From the NCBI GenBank assembly GCA_038087875.1, contig CM075994.1:10294001-10358000 (forward strand): a stretch of 64,000 nucleotides of DNA, read 5' to 3'. The position numbers and the translations under genes were made by a program. This stretch comes from Malacoraja senta (Eukaryota). Every line of letters starts with the position of its first letter. The stretch's first letter is position 1. The notes under the pieces were generated by a model. That model worked only from the letters and a program-made list of their open reading frames with translations. It had not been told where the DNA came from and searched no databases. This document shows, piece after piece, positions 1 through 13,604 of this stretch.

Positions 1-912
1 GACCCTGTACAACTGCAGTAGAACCTCCCTGCTCCTATACTCAAATCCTTTTGCTATGAAAGCTAACATACCATTCGCTTTCTTCACTGCCTGCTGCACC
101 TGCATGCCTACTTTCAATGACTGGTGTACCATGACACCCAGGTCTCGCTGCATCTCCCCTTTTCCTAATCGGCCACCATTTAGATAATAGTCTGCTTTCC
201 TGTTTTTGCCATCAAAGTGGATAACCTCACATTTATCCTCATTATACTGCATCTGCCAAACATTTGCCCACTCACCCAGCCTATCCAAGTCACCTTGCAG
301 TCTCCTAGCATCCTCCTCATAGCTAACACTGCCCCCAGCTTAGTTTCATCCGCAAACTTGGAGATGTTGCCTTCAATTCGCTCATCCAGTTCATTAATAT
401 AAATTGTAAATAGCTGGAGTCCCAGCACTGAGCCTTGCGGTACCCCACTAGTCACTGCCTGCCATTGTGAAAAGGACCCGTTTACTCCTACTCTTTGCTT
501 CCTGTTTGCCAGCCAGTTCTCTATCCACATCAATACTGAACCGCCAATACCGTGTGCTTTAAGTTTGTATACTAATCTCTTATGTGGGACCTTGTCGAAA
601 GCCTTCTGAAAGTCCAGATACAACACATCCACTGGTTCTCCCCTATCCACTCTACTAGTTACATCCTCGAAAAATTCTATAAGATTCGTCAGACATGATT
701 TACCTTTCGTAAATCCATGCTGACTTTGTCCAATGATTTCACCACTTTCCAAATGTGCTGCTATCCCATCTTTAATAAGTGACTCTAGCAGTTTCCCCAC
801 TACCGATGTTAGACTAACTGGTCTGTAATTCCCCGTTTTCTCTCTCCCTCCCTTCTTAAAAAGTGGGGTTACGTTTGCTACCCTCCAATCCGCAGGAACT
901 ACTCCAGAATCT
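1..912 (-). mobile_element. CR1-type LINE, RT part (3' portion continues beyond window start); interrupted by L1 at 913
   Basis: ORF 180-800 has CR1 RT motifs ([42 protein letters not shown]). Near-identical to the copy at 14368-16003. Confidence 0.95.
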
Positions 913-3900
913 TTTTATTTTATTTTTTATTTTTTATTTATTAGAAGTACATTACATTACAACCACATACATTAGTACTCGTCACTTATGTCTTCTTACA
1001 ATTAATGTACTCCGTTTGTTATTTTACACTAGTAAAAGGAAAGGATAAGATTGAAAGAAAGAAGAAAGTGAAGGAAAAAGTGAGAGTGTAGAAAATGTGA
1101 CAACAAGAAAGAACGAAGACCGTATAAGAACAACATTAAAAACAAAAGAAAAAGAGTTAAGAAATAGACCCTAGAAAAGAAGGAGAAAGAGGAAAAAGAG
1201 AGAAACAAATAGTTTTTATGAGCATTACGCAAATGGGACATACCAACTCTTCAACTATCATCCCCCATTACCTGACCTCGATTTTTTTAAGGTACCTTTG
1301 CACCCTATATTTGTAATAATTCTATAAATGCAGACCACGTCAGGTGGAAGTGATCTGGTTTACCTGCCAGGAGGAGTCTTATCTCTTCTAGGTGTAATGT
1401 TTCGAACATATTTGAAATCCACATGTTTATAGTTGGTATTGGAGCCTTCTTCCAAAATTTTAGGATTAGCTTTTTTCCAGTTATTAACCCATAGTCTATT
1501 AGTTTCTTTTGAAACACATTTAGTTCTGGACCATCTTCCGTTATTCCGAAGATAATCCATTCTGCTTTGGGTATCAGTTTTATTTTAAATAATTTTGTAA
1601 AGATTTCGAAAATTTCATTCCAAAATTTTTGAATTTTTGTACAGAAAACAAATGAGTGCGCTATAGTAGCTTCTTGGGATTGACATTTATCACAAATGGA
1701 TGATACATTTGGGAAAATTTTATGGATTTTAGTTTTGGAATAATATAATCTATGTAAAATTTTAAATTGTATTAAAGTGTGTCTTACATTAATCGAACAT
1801 TTATGCACGTTTAATAAGTGTTCAGTCCAACTTTCCTTTGAAATTTTAATAGCTAACTCTTGTTCCCAGTCTCTTCTGATACCCTCCGTAGATGGTATTT
1901 CTACATTTAAGATAATATTATACAAATATGATATTAAGTTTGCTGATTCAGCTTTTATCTGCATTGCCTCATCCAATACATCTGCTGGGTTATTATAATG
2001 ATCTTTTGTATATTTTTTCAAATAGTCGCATATTTGAAAATATTTAAAATATTGATTATTTCTGAGTTTATATTTTATTTGTAATTGTTGAAATGAAAGT
2101 AATTTTCCAGTTTCATACAAGTCACCGAACGTTTTAATTCCTAGTCTATCCCAATGTGTAAAAGATTTATCTATAATAGTGGGATTAAACGAAGGGTTAT
2201 TAACTATGGGTGATAAAAGTGGTAAATTTCTTAATTTTAAATTTTGTTTTATTTGTTTCCAAATTCGGATTGTGCTATGAATAATTGGGTTCTTATTATA
2301 ATTTATATTATTCAGTTTCATTGGAGAGAGGAGGATCGCTCCAATGTTTCCAGAGGAGCAATCCTCTTTCTCCATTACAATCCAGTCCACTTGCTGGGCG
2401 GAGTTATCCATCAGTTAAATCATATTTTTAATATTTACTGACCAATAATAATACATAAAATTAGGTAGTGCTAAACACCCTAATACTTTAGGTTTATTCT
2501 GGTGAGTTTTTTGTATTCTATGTGATTTATAGTCCCATATAAAATTAGTGATATCTGAGTCGAGTTTTAAAAAAAACCTCTTTGGTAAGTATATAGGAAT
2601 CGAATGAAATGGGTATAAAATTTGTGGTAGTAAGATCATTTTTATTGCATTTATTCGGCCTATTAAAGACATCGGGAGCGTTTTCCAGAATTTAATTAGT
2701 GTGTTTAATTTATTAAGTAGGGGATCAAAATTTGCCTTAAACATACCTTGATATGTTCTAGTAATTTCGATTCCCAAGTATTTAAATTTTTCTGTAGCTA
2801 TTTTAAAAGGGAATTTTAAAAGATGTGTTGAATCTTTCGGTTTTATTGACATAATTTCACTTTTAATCCAATTTATTCTATATCCAGAAAAAGATCCAAA
2901 GTCTTCAATTAAATTTAATATATTTGGTATAGTGATTTGAGGTTTTGTAATGTACAGTAATAAATATCATCCGTGTATAAAGATATTTTATTATATGAAT
3001 CTTTAGTATTATATCCATGGATATCAGGCTGTATTCTAATTTTTTCTGCTAGCGGTTCAATAATGAGAGCAAACAGCTGTGGTGATAATGAGCATCCTTG
3101 TCTGTTTCCCCTTGATAGTTGGAATTTCGAGGATAATATGTTATTAGTTAATATTCTAGCTGTAGGTTTATTATAATAATAATTTGATCCATAGAATAAA
3201 ATTCACTCCCAGTTGGAATTTTTGTAATACTTTATCCATATAATTCCATTCTACTTGGTCAAATGCTTTTTCAGCATCCAGCGAAATAATTGATAATTCT
3301 TGATCTTCAGATTTGTGTGAGTGCATTATGTTGAGTAAAAGTCTCATATTGTTAGATGAGTATCTCTTAGGGATAAACCCCGTCTGATCTGGGTTTATTA
3401 ATTTATTAATGTATTTACTTAATCTTCTAGCTAATGTTTTCGCTAATATTTTTTGATCTGTGTTTAACAATGCTATACCTCTATATGAACCCGGTTCTTC
3501 TAAATCTTTGTCTTTCTTAAGTATTAGTGTAATCGTTGATTCCGCTAATGTATCAGGTAGTATTTGTTTTTTAAAAGCATATTGGTACATTTTTTGTAAT
3601 CTTGGTATTATTTTATCATAAAAGCTTTTATAAAATTCATTAGTAAATCCATCAGGACCTGGTGTTTTTCCATTCTTTAGTGAGTTTATTGTATCTTCCA
3701 ATTCCTTAATTGAAATTTGTGCACCCAATTCCTCTTGTTCCTTCAGCTCTAACTTTGGAAGATTACAATTATCCAAAAACTTTGTGATATTATTGGAATC
3801 AATTGTCGTTTTAGATGTATACTAATTCTCATAAAATTGCGCAAATCTTTTATTAATATCCTTCGGTGTTGTTAATAATTCCTCTTTATCTGATTTAATC

Positions 3901-5288
3901 TTTGGGATAGTATGTTCCTTTTCTCGTTTTTTAGCTGGCGAGCCAAAAGTTTATGCGGTTTATTCCCAAATTCAAAGTGCTCTTGTTTTGTAATTTGAAA
4001 AAGTCTTATAAGTTTGGCAGATAATAATTTATTTAATTTAAATTTCAAAATTATTATTTTATTATGTTTATCTATTGATGGATCTTTAGCATTATCTATA
4101 TCCATTTGTCTAATAAGTTCTTCTAACTGTCTTTGTTCATTCTTATTATTTTTATTTTGAAAAGCTTGATATGAAATTATAATACCCCTAATGTATGCTT
4201 TAAAAGATTCCCATAATACAGTAGACGATATATTTGGAGTACCATTTATTTGAGAAAAGGCATCTATTTGTTCTTTTAAATATATACTCGCTTGTGGATC
4301 TTTTAGAATTTGAGAATTAAATCTCCAAAACGATTTATTCTTAAACATTCCTTCCAGTTTTAAAAAGAAAGTTAGTGGAGAATGGTCTGAAATCGAATTT
4401 GTATGGTATGTTGGGTTAAATGTTTGAGGGATTAATTTTGTATCAAGCAGGAAGTAATCTATACGTGAGTATGTCTTGTGTACCATTGAATAAAACGAGT
4501 ATTCCCTGCCAGTTGGATTAACAATTCTCCAAACATCTGCTATATTAGTATTGTTTATATAAGTATTGTGAAGTTCCCCGGTTTTCGATTTCATATTCCC
4601 TCTCTGTTTTTGGCTTGATTTATCTAAGTACGGATCTAAAACACAATTAAAGTATCCTCCTATTATAACATTTTGATAGTTAAACTCTGCAATTATGTTG
4701 AAAATTTTATTGAAAAAGTGGGGGTTGTCAAAGTTAGGGGCACATATATTTACCAAGGTAAGTGGAGTATCATGAATTTCTCCATTAACTATTAAGTATC
4801 TCCCTTCTATATCTGTTATGATATTCTTTGCTTTAAATGGTATACCTTTTCTTATAATGATTGGCGTACCTCTAGATTTCGAAGTGAATGAAGAATGGTA
4901 TATTTGACCTATCCATTTCGCCCTCAACCTAGCTTGATCCTGAGATTTTAAATGTGTTTCTTGTAAGAAGATAATGTCAGAGTTGTACAGTTTCAGCTGA
5001 GCTAGTATCTTACCCCTTTTAATAGGTTCGTTAATACCTCTTATATTCCAACTACAAAATGAGATTCCTCCTAGGTTCTTTTGTTTAGTGTCATGCATTT
5101 TGAATAATTATAGTACCTTAAAATCTTGTGGTGCATCCATATCCCAGGTCTTTGGGTATTGGGGGAACTTTTGAATTTCTAAGTTTTGTTGGTATATCCA
5201 TTTTACGCTTATCACTAAACACAAAACACAAACATGTGAGTTTATGTGGTAATTTAAAAAAAACTAGAAAAGTGAAAATACAGTGTCT
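913..5288 (-). mobile_element. L1-clade LINE, 5'-truncated (ORF2 only, frameshifted), with A-rich tail and 15-bp TSD
   Basis: APE endonuclease (SWNIRGIN, FLQETH, YSRIDYFL, SDHSP; 3872-5098), RT (PGPDG, SLDAEKAFD, YTDD at ~2965-2978) and C-terminal CDKC...HSFVFC (1305-2411). T-rich tail 913-940. TSD actactccagaatct at 898-912 and 5289-5303. Confidence 0.95.
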
Positions 5289-6692
5289 ACTACTCCAGAA
5301 TCTAAAGAGTTTTGAAAAATTATTAGTAATGCATCCTCTATTTCTGGAGCTACTTCCTTAAGTACTCTGGGATGCAGCCTATCTGGCCCTGGTGATTTAT
5401 CGGCCTTTAATCCATTCAATTAACCCCAAACCACTTCCCGACTAACCTGGATTTCACTCAGTTCCTCCATCTCCTTTGACCCGCGGTCCCCTGCTATTTC
5501 CGGCAGATTATTTGTCTTCCTTAGTGAAGACGGAACCAAATTAGTTATTCAATTGTTCCGCCATATCCTTGTTCCCCATGATCAATTCACCTGTTTCTGA
5601 CTGCAAGCGGCCTACATTTGTTTTAACTAATCTCTTTCTCTTCACATATCTATTAAAACTTTTGCAGTCAGTTTTTATGTTCCCTGACAGTTTTCTTTCA
5701 TAATCTATTTACCCTTTCCTAATTAAGCCCTTTGTCCTCGTCTGCTGGTCTCTGAATTTCTCCCAGTCCTCTGGTATGCTGCTTTTTCTGGCTAATTTGT
5801 ACGCATCATCTTTTGCTTTGATACTATCCCTGATTTCCCTTGTTATCCACGGATGCACTACCTTCCCTGATTTATTCTTTTGCTAAACTGGGATGAACAA
5901 TGTTTGTAGTTCATCCATGCAGTCTTTAAATGCCTTCCATTGCATATCCACCGTCAACCCTTTTAGAACTAATTGCCAGTCAATCTTGGCCAATTCACGT
6001 CTCATACCCTCAAAGTTACCTTTCTTTAAGTTCAGAACCGTTGTTTCTGAATTAACAATGTCACTGTCCATCCTAATGAAGAACTCAATCATATTATGGT
6101 CACTCTTGCCCAAGGGGGCACGCACAACAAGACTGCTAACTAACCCTTCCTCATTACTCAATACCCAGTCTAGAATAGCCTGCTCTCTCGTTGGTTCCTC
6201 TACATGTTGGTTTAGATAACTATCCCGCATACATTCCAAGAAATCCTCTTCCTCAGCACCCCTGCCAATTTGATTCACCCAATCTATATGTAGATTGAAG
6301 TCACCCATTATAACTGTTTTGCCTTTTGCATAACTGTTGCATGCATTTCTAATTTCCTGTTTGATGCCATCCCCAACTTCACTACTACTGCTAGGTGGCC
6401 TGTACACAACACCCACCAGCGTTTTCTGCCCCTTAGTGTTTCGCAGCTCTACCCATACCGATTCCACAACCTCCAAGCTAATGTCCTTCCTTTCCACTGC
6501 GTTAATCTCCTCTCTAACCAGCAACGCTACCCTACCTCCTTTTCCTTTCTCTCTATCCCTCCTGAATATTGAATATCCCTGGATGTTCAGCTCCCAGCCT
6601 TGGTCACCCTGGAGCCATGTCTCCGTGATCCCAACTATATCATAATCATTATTAGCTATCTGCACGTTCAACTCATCCACCTTATTTAAGGT
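5289..6692 (-). mobile_element. CR1-type LINE, 5' (endonuclease) part of the element split by the L1
   Basis: ORF 5883-6695 is an APE endonuclease (GITETW, VYRPP, MGDFN, SDHN). The sequence resumes exactly after the TSD, matching the uninterrupted CR1 at 15841-16000. Confidence 0.93.
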
Positions 6693-6787
6693 CATTAAAT
6701 AAGGGCGGAATGACCTGCAGGGGCGGAGGAAATGCTGCCAATTGGGCTTTCGAATCTGAGTTTTCCGTGTTCCACTCTCACTGATTC

Positions 6788-7130
6788 CACGGTGGCGCAG
6801 CGGTAGAGTTGATGCCTTGCAGCGCTTGCAGCGCCAGAGAACCGGGTTCTATCCCGACTACGGGTGCTGTCTGTACGGAGTTTGTATGTTCTCCCTGAGA
6901 CCGCGTGGGTTTTCTCCGAAATCTTCGGTTTCCTCCCACATTCTAAAGACGTACATGTGTGTAGGATAATTGGCATGGCGGATGTGGAAATGTGTTCCTA
7001 GTGTGTGCAGGATAGTGGTAATATGCGGGGATCGCTCGTCAGTACGGACTTCGCAGGTCGGTGCGGATCGGTGGGCCGAAGGGCCTGTTTTCGCGCGGTA
7101 TCTCTGCATTAAACTAAACTAAATTAAACT
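6788..7130 (+). mobile_element. tRNA-derived V-SINE (HE1-like)
   Basis: A-box TGGCGCAGCGG, B-box-like GGTTCTATCC, V-domain (gagtttgtatgttctcc...gcgtgggttttctccg...ggtttcctcccaca), CR1-like 3' end gggccgaagggcctg and (aaact)n tail. Confidence 0.85.
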
Positions 7131-7585
7131 GGTTAGCAGACAAATTGAACCTTTGCAAACTGCAATGAATGTTAGAGGGTCATATAATATCCATTAAACA
7201 ATACACACAAACATAGATTGCCCCGAAGACTGCTGCATGAGAGACAGGCGCACTTTTGTGGAATAAAATAAGGGCGGAGGGAGATCTCCGTCCATCTGAT
7301 CCCGGGTTGTGAACGGAGATGCGGGCGGAGGGCTCCGCTGCCCAACACGTACAACGCCTCCTCGGGTTGCACCCGAGGCTTCCTTAGTGCCGGGCCCCGT
7401 CCCTTTCTGTCCTGCCTTCGTCTTTCTCGTCCATATTCAGGCCACTTTAATGTCCAATCTACCCCTCCCTCGTGTGAGATGAGTTGGAAGTGGCCAGGAC
7501 ATCTTAACACTGAACACTGGCAGCCAAATGGCATTCATTGCCCGGGACGGCAGCGGGCGCAGCGACACGGTATCGAAGTGGTGGA

Positions 7586-7904
7586 GTTTAATTTAGTTGA
7601 GAGATACAGCGCGCAAACAGGGCCTTCGGCCCACCGGGTCCGCGCCGACCAGCGATCCCCGGACATTAACACTATCCTACACCCACTAGGGACATTTTTT
7701 TAACATTTACCAAGCCATTTTTAAAAACATTTACCAAAAATGGGAGTGTTTCGGGAAACCGAAGATGTCGGAGAAAACCCACGCAGATCACGGGGAGAAC
7801 GTTCAAACTCCGTACAGACAGCACCCGGAGTCAGGATCGAACCCGGGTCTCTGGGGCGCTGCATTCACTGTAAGGCAGCAACTCTACCGCTGCGCCACCG
7901 TGAC
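7586..7904 (-). mobile_element. V-SINE (HE1-like), inverted, head abutting the TRIM copy 1 proximal region
   Basis: Reverse complement of the same SINE, with A/B boxes at ~7835-7897. Confidence 0.85.
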
Positions 7905-7986
7905 GGTCACGTGACCGCCCATATTCAGCAGCTCAACGTCAGTGAAAACACTTTGAACCAGGAAGTGGCCGATTTAAAATGGCTGC
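7905..7986 (+). promoter_or_regulatory. Putative proximal promoter motifs of TRIM copy 1 (E-box palindrome, CRE half-site, ETS, YY1)
   Basis: GGTCACGTGACC 7905-7916, ACGTCA ~7936, CAGGAAGTG 7959-7967, AAAATGGCTGC overlapping the ATG. The E-box recurs at 22119, 34215 and 46726. Function is inferred from motifs only. Confidence 0.5.
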
Positions 7987-10900
7987 GAAAGATAAGGTCG
8001 AGAGTTGGACCGAGGAGGTAGTTTGTCCCATCTGCCTGGATTTCTTCACCGATCCGGTTATACTAGAGTGTGGGCACAACTTCTGCCGCTCCTGCATCAC
8101 ACAGAGTTGGGACAGGGAGGCGAGAAACCCCTGCCCGGAATGTAGAGAGGAGTTTACAGACCGCAGCCTCAGGGTGAATCGGGCCTTGGTTAGACTGCCT
8201 GAGAAAGCTCGAGCACTGAGCCTGAATCTCAAAGAGAAGGAAAGTAAACTTCACTGCGAGAAACATCAGGAAGAACTGAAGCTGTTTTGTGAAACGGACA
8301 AGAAGCTGATCTGTGTGATTTGTGCAGCTGGGCGGGAACACAAGACTCACAGCTTCATGCTGATAGATGAAGCGATTGAATTCTACAAGGTAAAACAAAA
8401 TCAATTTTGATCACTTCATTCTAATCTTTTCTTTATTTTCTGATATTTTCATTTTCTGATCTGAAACCCAATCCCAGGAACAGGTGAAATTTTCTTTCGA
8501 ATCTCTCACAGAGAAGAAATCAGTGATCGAGAAAATGGAGCAGCAACAGAAAGAGAGCATTTCGGGAGTTCAGGTGAGGCTTTGTACTATCAATTTAATT
8601 ATTTTGTGTAGATTTGATCCCGATGATGCGTGTAATAAGTGGGCACCTCTATAGAGCTCAGTAGTCGAGGACCCGAGATCTTGGGAGCGGTTTGGCAAAC
8701 AAGGACTTTACTCACTGGAGCGCAGGAGTCTGAAGAATGATCTATTGCATGTGTATAATATGATGAAACAAAATGTTAGGGTGAATACTCCGTCTTTTAC
8801 CCTGAGAAGGGCGTCGAGCATGCGAGGGCATCGGTTTAAGGTGAGAAGCAACAGATTTAATACGAACATTAGGGGCACCTTTGGTAGTGGGTATATGGAA
8901 CGAGCTGCCTGGGGAGGTAGTTGATTCAGGTGCCATTACTATATTTAAAAGCTATTTGAACAAATTCGTGGAGAGAACATTTTAGAACTGTCTGGGCCAA
9001 ATGCGGAGAGGTGGAAATAGCGCGTCTTGGTCGGAATCTAGCACCCCTTGCTGTATGACTCTATGAAGTCTGTCATTCTAAGTGGTGCTGCTGTCTGCTA
9101 GTTCTGGTGACCTGGTTCTGTCCAGTGAGGGTTAATGGACACATGAAATGCAATAGGTTGCAGGGAATTGTTCTTGGGAAATGGAAATGTTGTGATTGTA
9201 CATTACTTTCACTAAATATTTCAGAATTAACAAGATGAGCTCTTGAATTGCTAAGGTAATGAAATCTTCGGATTAAATACATGTAAATGTGATTAGTGTA
9301 GGTAGCATGGTCATGTTGGGCTGAAAGGCATATTTCTGCGCTCCAGAACTCGTCATTAATTAGCAAAATGTCACCTTCCATGTCATGATGAAACACAGCA
9401 GAGTGACACAATATATTGATTCTCATCTTTCATCTGACAGGAAGAGTCACGCAACCTTCAGTCACAGACCACATCCCAGTTTGCTGAACTGCACCAGATT
9501 CTCACTGAGAAAGAGCAGCGCATACTCGGAGTTATCCGGGAAGATGAGGCGAAGATTGTAAAAACAATGGAGAAAAATCTTCAAGAGATTCAAGTGAATT
9601 TAAATTCCATTCAGGAGGAACTCTCAAAGTTACAGGAACAGATAGACCACAAGGACGGCGTGATATTTCTGAAGGTGAGGGGTTACACTGCAGCTTGGCG
9701 AAGTGAAAGTGCACAGTCACAAAATGGTAGATTAATTTTCTGAAATAAATGCTGCATTTACCAGTAATTCAGTACTGGGTCAATGATCCGTCTGTTCCAT
9801 CTACTCACCACATCCAACAATAATGCCCCAAAATTCCAGGTGTCCTTGTGTATTTATCCCACTTCAACTTAAATTTATCTGCAATATTGTCTTCAGGCCA
9901 ACTTGTGAGTTCCACGTTCTGTTTACTGCATTTCTTGTGAAAGTTATTAAAGGCCATCTTATATTTCAACTTTGATTTTAGGTCCCCCACATGTAGTGAT
10001 AATATTTCCAACCCCACCCATTTAAATCCGCCGCTGATCTAAAAATATTCCATCCCATTATCTCTGACCTTCTCCAGATAAAATCCCATGACCTGCCCGG
10101 TCTTACTCATAAGTTGCATACTCGCAATTATTTTCATCGACATTCCTAATGCTTTCCCCCGTGTTCGATGTCTCTACGACAATATCCACTTTCTGTCTGT
10201 GTGACAGCGGCAAAGAGTTGGGAAATGGGAATTATAAGAGGGTTTTTTCTAGCAATTTGGTGAAATACCCGCTGTCGGGATCATGACGATCCATCTCAGT
10301 CTATTGAGATTTGTGTTTTACTTATTTCAGGAGGAAGCTGGTCGCAAGAGGAGGTAGGACATGCTTTTGACTTAAACAATGTATGTTTTTATAGTACAGC
10401 TAAAAAAAAGAGCTAATGTTCAGTTTCTAACCAGCTGTTAAATATTTGCAGGGTGAGTGATGAAACCAAACCAATGTTGGTTGTAGATGGTGCGCTGCCC
10501 ATTGAAAAGTATGATCGGACTTTTTTCTACAACATGGCATTGAGAGAAACATCTGATATCATCAACCGAGGTAAAACTAATACCTTTTCCATTGTTCTTT
10601 TTTAAGACATGTTTATGCAAAACCTATATGTGAAGATTCATGTTATTAATGGACTCTGTGGAAGGCATCACAGAGACAAAGGGCGAAGTTTGTTTGCACT
10701 TCAACAAATCCTTGCTTCAGGGTGAATGTGTTTGCTGTGCTGGGTGAAATTGCGTAGACTAGGCCTCTGTAGTCAAGAGTTTGGGTGTAGTAGAGGAGAT
10801 CTTAGTGAAACACAAAGTCCTTACAGGGCTCAGTGGACTGGATGCACGGAGGATGTTTCGCCTGTCTAAGGGGTCTGGAGCCAGCGTACACACTCTCAGA

Positions 10901-12728
10901 ATGTGGGCTGGACCATTCAGGACAGAGACAAGGAGACATTACTGCATGCAGAGACCGGGGAAACTTTGGAATGCCCAGCACCGGTGGCTATGAATAATCA
11001 GTCATTCAGTGCTCTTGGAGCCAGAGAGCCATGGTTGTACATTACGGAGTCAGGCCCTTCGGCCCATCTCGTCCATGTCCACCTTTTTTCCCAGCCACAC
11101 TAATCCCATTTGCACACATTCGAACCGTATTATTCTACACCTCGTTTGCTAAATCGCAATTCCTCTTACACGGAGTGATTACATCTGATTCCACCACCTC
11201 CTCTGCCAAAATATTCCATGTATTAACAACTCTTTGTGAGAAGAAAACTGCGTCCTCCATTATTGATATACCTGCATGACAATAAGGTTTCGATGATCTT
11301 GCCTATATCCTGCTGCAGACTTTGACAGACTACCTTGCTATCCATAACATAAGCCGTTCTCCACAAACTTAGTAGTCACACCTCCTACATTCACATCCAA
11401 GCCATGAAAACATAAAATAAACAGCAAATGTTGCAGCACCGATCCCTGCTGCACACCACCAGTCACAGACCTCCAGGCAGCAAAATCATCCTTCTAGCGC
11501 TACCTTCTACCTCCAACCACCAAGCCAATTGTAGGTCCAATTTACCAACTCGTCTTGGATCCCACCTGCCTTCGCTTTCTGGACCAGCCTTACATGCCAA
11601 ACATTGTCAAGTCCCTCAGTGAAGTTCATATATTGCTTCACAATGAGATCAGAATGTTCTTGGTTGTACAGACGCATCAAACCCACCCTCCACTATAGAA
11701 AGCAAGTAAACAGTAGCAGATTGCCTCGCCCGTCCAGTCCACTCCCGTTCAGTGTCATCACGGCAACCCCACCCCACATTTCTACATCCACTTTAACCAC
11801 CTCTAGTTACCACTCACATCCCTCTCCTCCTCTTCCAATCTGCCCCTCCCTCGCCATCTACTGGCAAGATATTTAAATAGCAGCCTTATTTCTCCATCTG
11901 CACCCGCAATCTCTCGTTCATCCTCACTTTCCTCATTCGTTTTCCCCGTCCACACGCCTCGCCCCCTCCCGTTCCCGAGAACCCGCGGAATTTCCCCTCT
12001 CCTGCGATACTCAGGGAAAGATGTCTGTTGTCCATCCAATGTTGTTGCAGGTGAATCCTCGGGCAAGGTGTCAGTTTTCCGCCCGCCTGTGCCTGAGGCC
12101 GAGCGGCTTCTCCCCCCGACCCCCGGGGCCGCGCTGCCCGAGTCTCCCACACACCGACCCCCGGGGACTCTCTGATTCTCTGCTTCTCGCCCCAGTCTCC
12201 GTCACCCTGGATGTGGAAACGGCGCATCCGCTGCTCGAGGTGTCTGAGGATCGGAAGAGGGTGAGATGGACCCGGACTCGGAGGAGTCTCCCTGACACCG
12301 GGAAGAGGTTTACAAACAATCCGCGTGTGCTGGGATCGGAGGGATTCACATCGGGGAGACATTACTGGGAGGTGGAGGTGGCGGAGAATCGGGGCTGGAG
12401 GCTGGGAGTCGCCGCAGAGTCTGTGGAGAGGAAGGGATGGGTCACACTAACCCCGGAGACTGGAGCCTGGAGCATCACGCGGTGGGATGGCGAGTTTGAT
12501 GCATCCATCTTCCCTCCATCCCCTCTCCCCGCCCGTCCCATCCCCGGGAGGGTGGGAGTTTATCTGAGTTACGAGTCCGGGACAGTTTCATTTTGTAACG
12601 CGCACACCAAGTCCCATCTCCACACCTTCACTGGGAATAAATTCACGGAGAAACTTTATCCTTTGATCGGTACTGTGGATGAAAATCAATGGTTGATAAT
12701 CTGCTCCGGTTCCGCTCCGGCTGTGTAA
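7979..12728 (+). CDS. TRIM E3 ligase, RING-B-box2-CC-PRY/SPRY (TRIM39/TRIM69/A33/NF7-like), copy 1, 471 aa, intact
   Basis: Exons 7979-8389, 8478-8573, 9441-9674, 10331-10353, 10452-10570, 12196-12728, all GT-AG and in phase (1416 nt). C3HC4 RING (CPIC...CGHNFCRSC...CPEC), B-box (CEKH...C..D...CVIC...H..H), B30.2 motifs [19 protein letters not shown]. Confidence 0.93.
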
Positions 12729-12865
12729 AAGGGTCGGGTCCCGGGACCGGCGTCAGGAGCGGGATCAGGGGCTGTGGGGCCGAAACCCGGTGGACAACAG
12801 GTTGGCACTGAACGGCTCCCATTTAATCCCCAAATTCCGTGTCGTGAAACCCCAGTGAGCGCGGA

Positions 12866-12908
12866 AATAAAACCAGGGGGAATGTAAATGTGGGAAGAGT
12901 GAAATAAA
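12866..12908 (+). terminator. Candidate polyadenylation signals of TRIM copy 1
   Basis: AATAAA at 12866 and 12903. Equivalents at 26739 and 26776 (copy 2) and 39112 (copy 3). Confidence 0.55.
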
Positions 12909-13604
12909 CAGCAACTGAAATCAGAGCTGTATGTCGATCCGTTCATTTTAACGCGTTATTAAACAGGGTATTAAATGTATCTGTTGTATTAATCTACTGA
13001 CCTACAATATTGTAAGTGGGTTTGATTTCAATGAACCAACCACTTTTACATTTTTCTGTCTGATTATCTGCCTCTGTTTCTTCCCTTTTTTCACCCAATC
13101 CATCAGGTGAAACTTTAATCGCCGCCCTCAGCCCAAGAGAGAGAAATAGTCATGAGTTGTCAATTGTCATCTGTACCGAGTAATGAAATTCTTACTAGTC
13201 CTTAATCTGAGCTTGCATCTATATCACTCCTCACAACTTTCCCTTCTTAAACTGCGGGACACACTTCGCTTCCTGACTCCAATGTTCGTAAATAATCCTC
13301 GCACCACTTTCAAGGAATGTTGCCATTCCATCCCCCATGTCCGTAATCTTCCAGATTTGTAATCAACATTCCCAACTCCCAACAAAGTGGGGTGCAAAAT
13401 CTCTGACTCGGACCTTTTTGCCTGAGCCCAGACCTCTGTTGTGTGGGTGGACAAAGCTGAAATAATCAAGTGGGCTTGGGATGGGTCCGCAGTTGGTCAG
13501 GCACGATCTGCGGAGAGAGGATATTAATTCGCATTCCGAGTCTCTGGTCGAAATTTTCCCTGAACCTGTCAGTCCTGTTGCACATAAAAAACATTACTGT
13601 TATT

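Noticed and set aside
6788..6860. tRNA gene suggested by A/B boxes
   Set aside because: It is the head of a V-SINE followed by the V-domain and LINE-like tail; no complete cloverleaf is evident.
12021..12195. N-terminal extension of the 235-aa PRY/SPRY ORF as a standalone gene
   Set aside because: It is open intron sequence upstream of a clear acceptor (cccag at 12195) and is not conserved as an ORF in copies 2 and 3.
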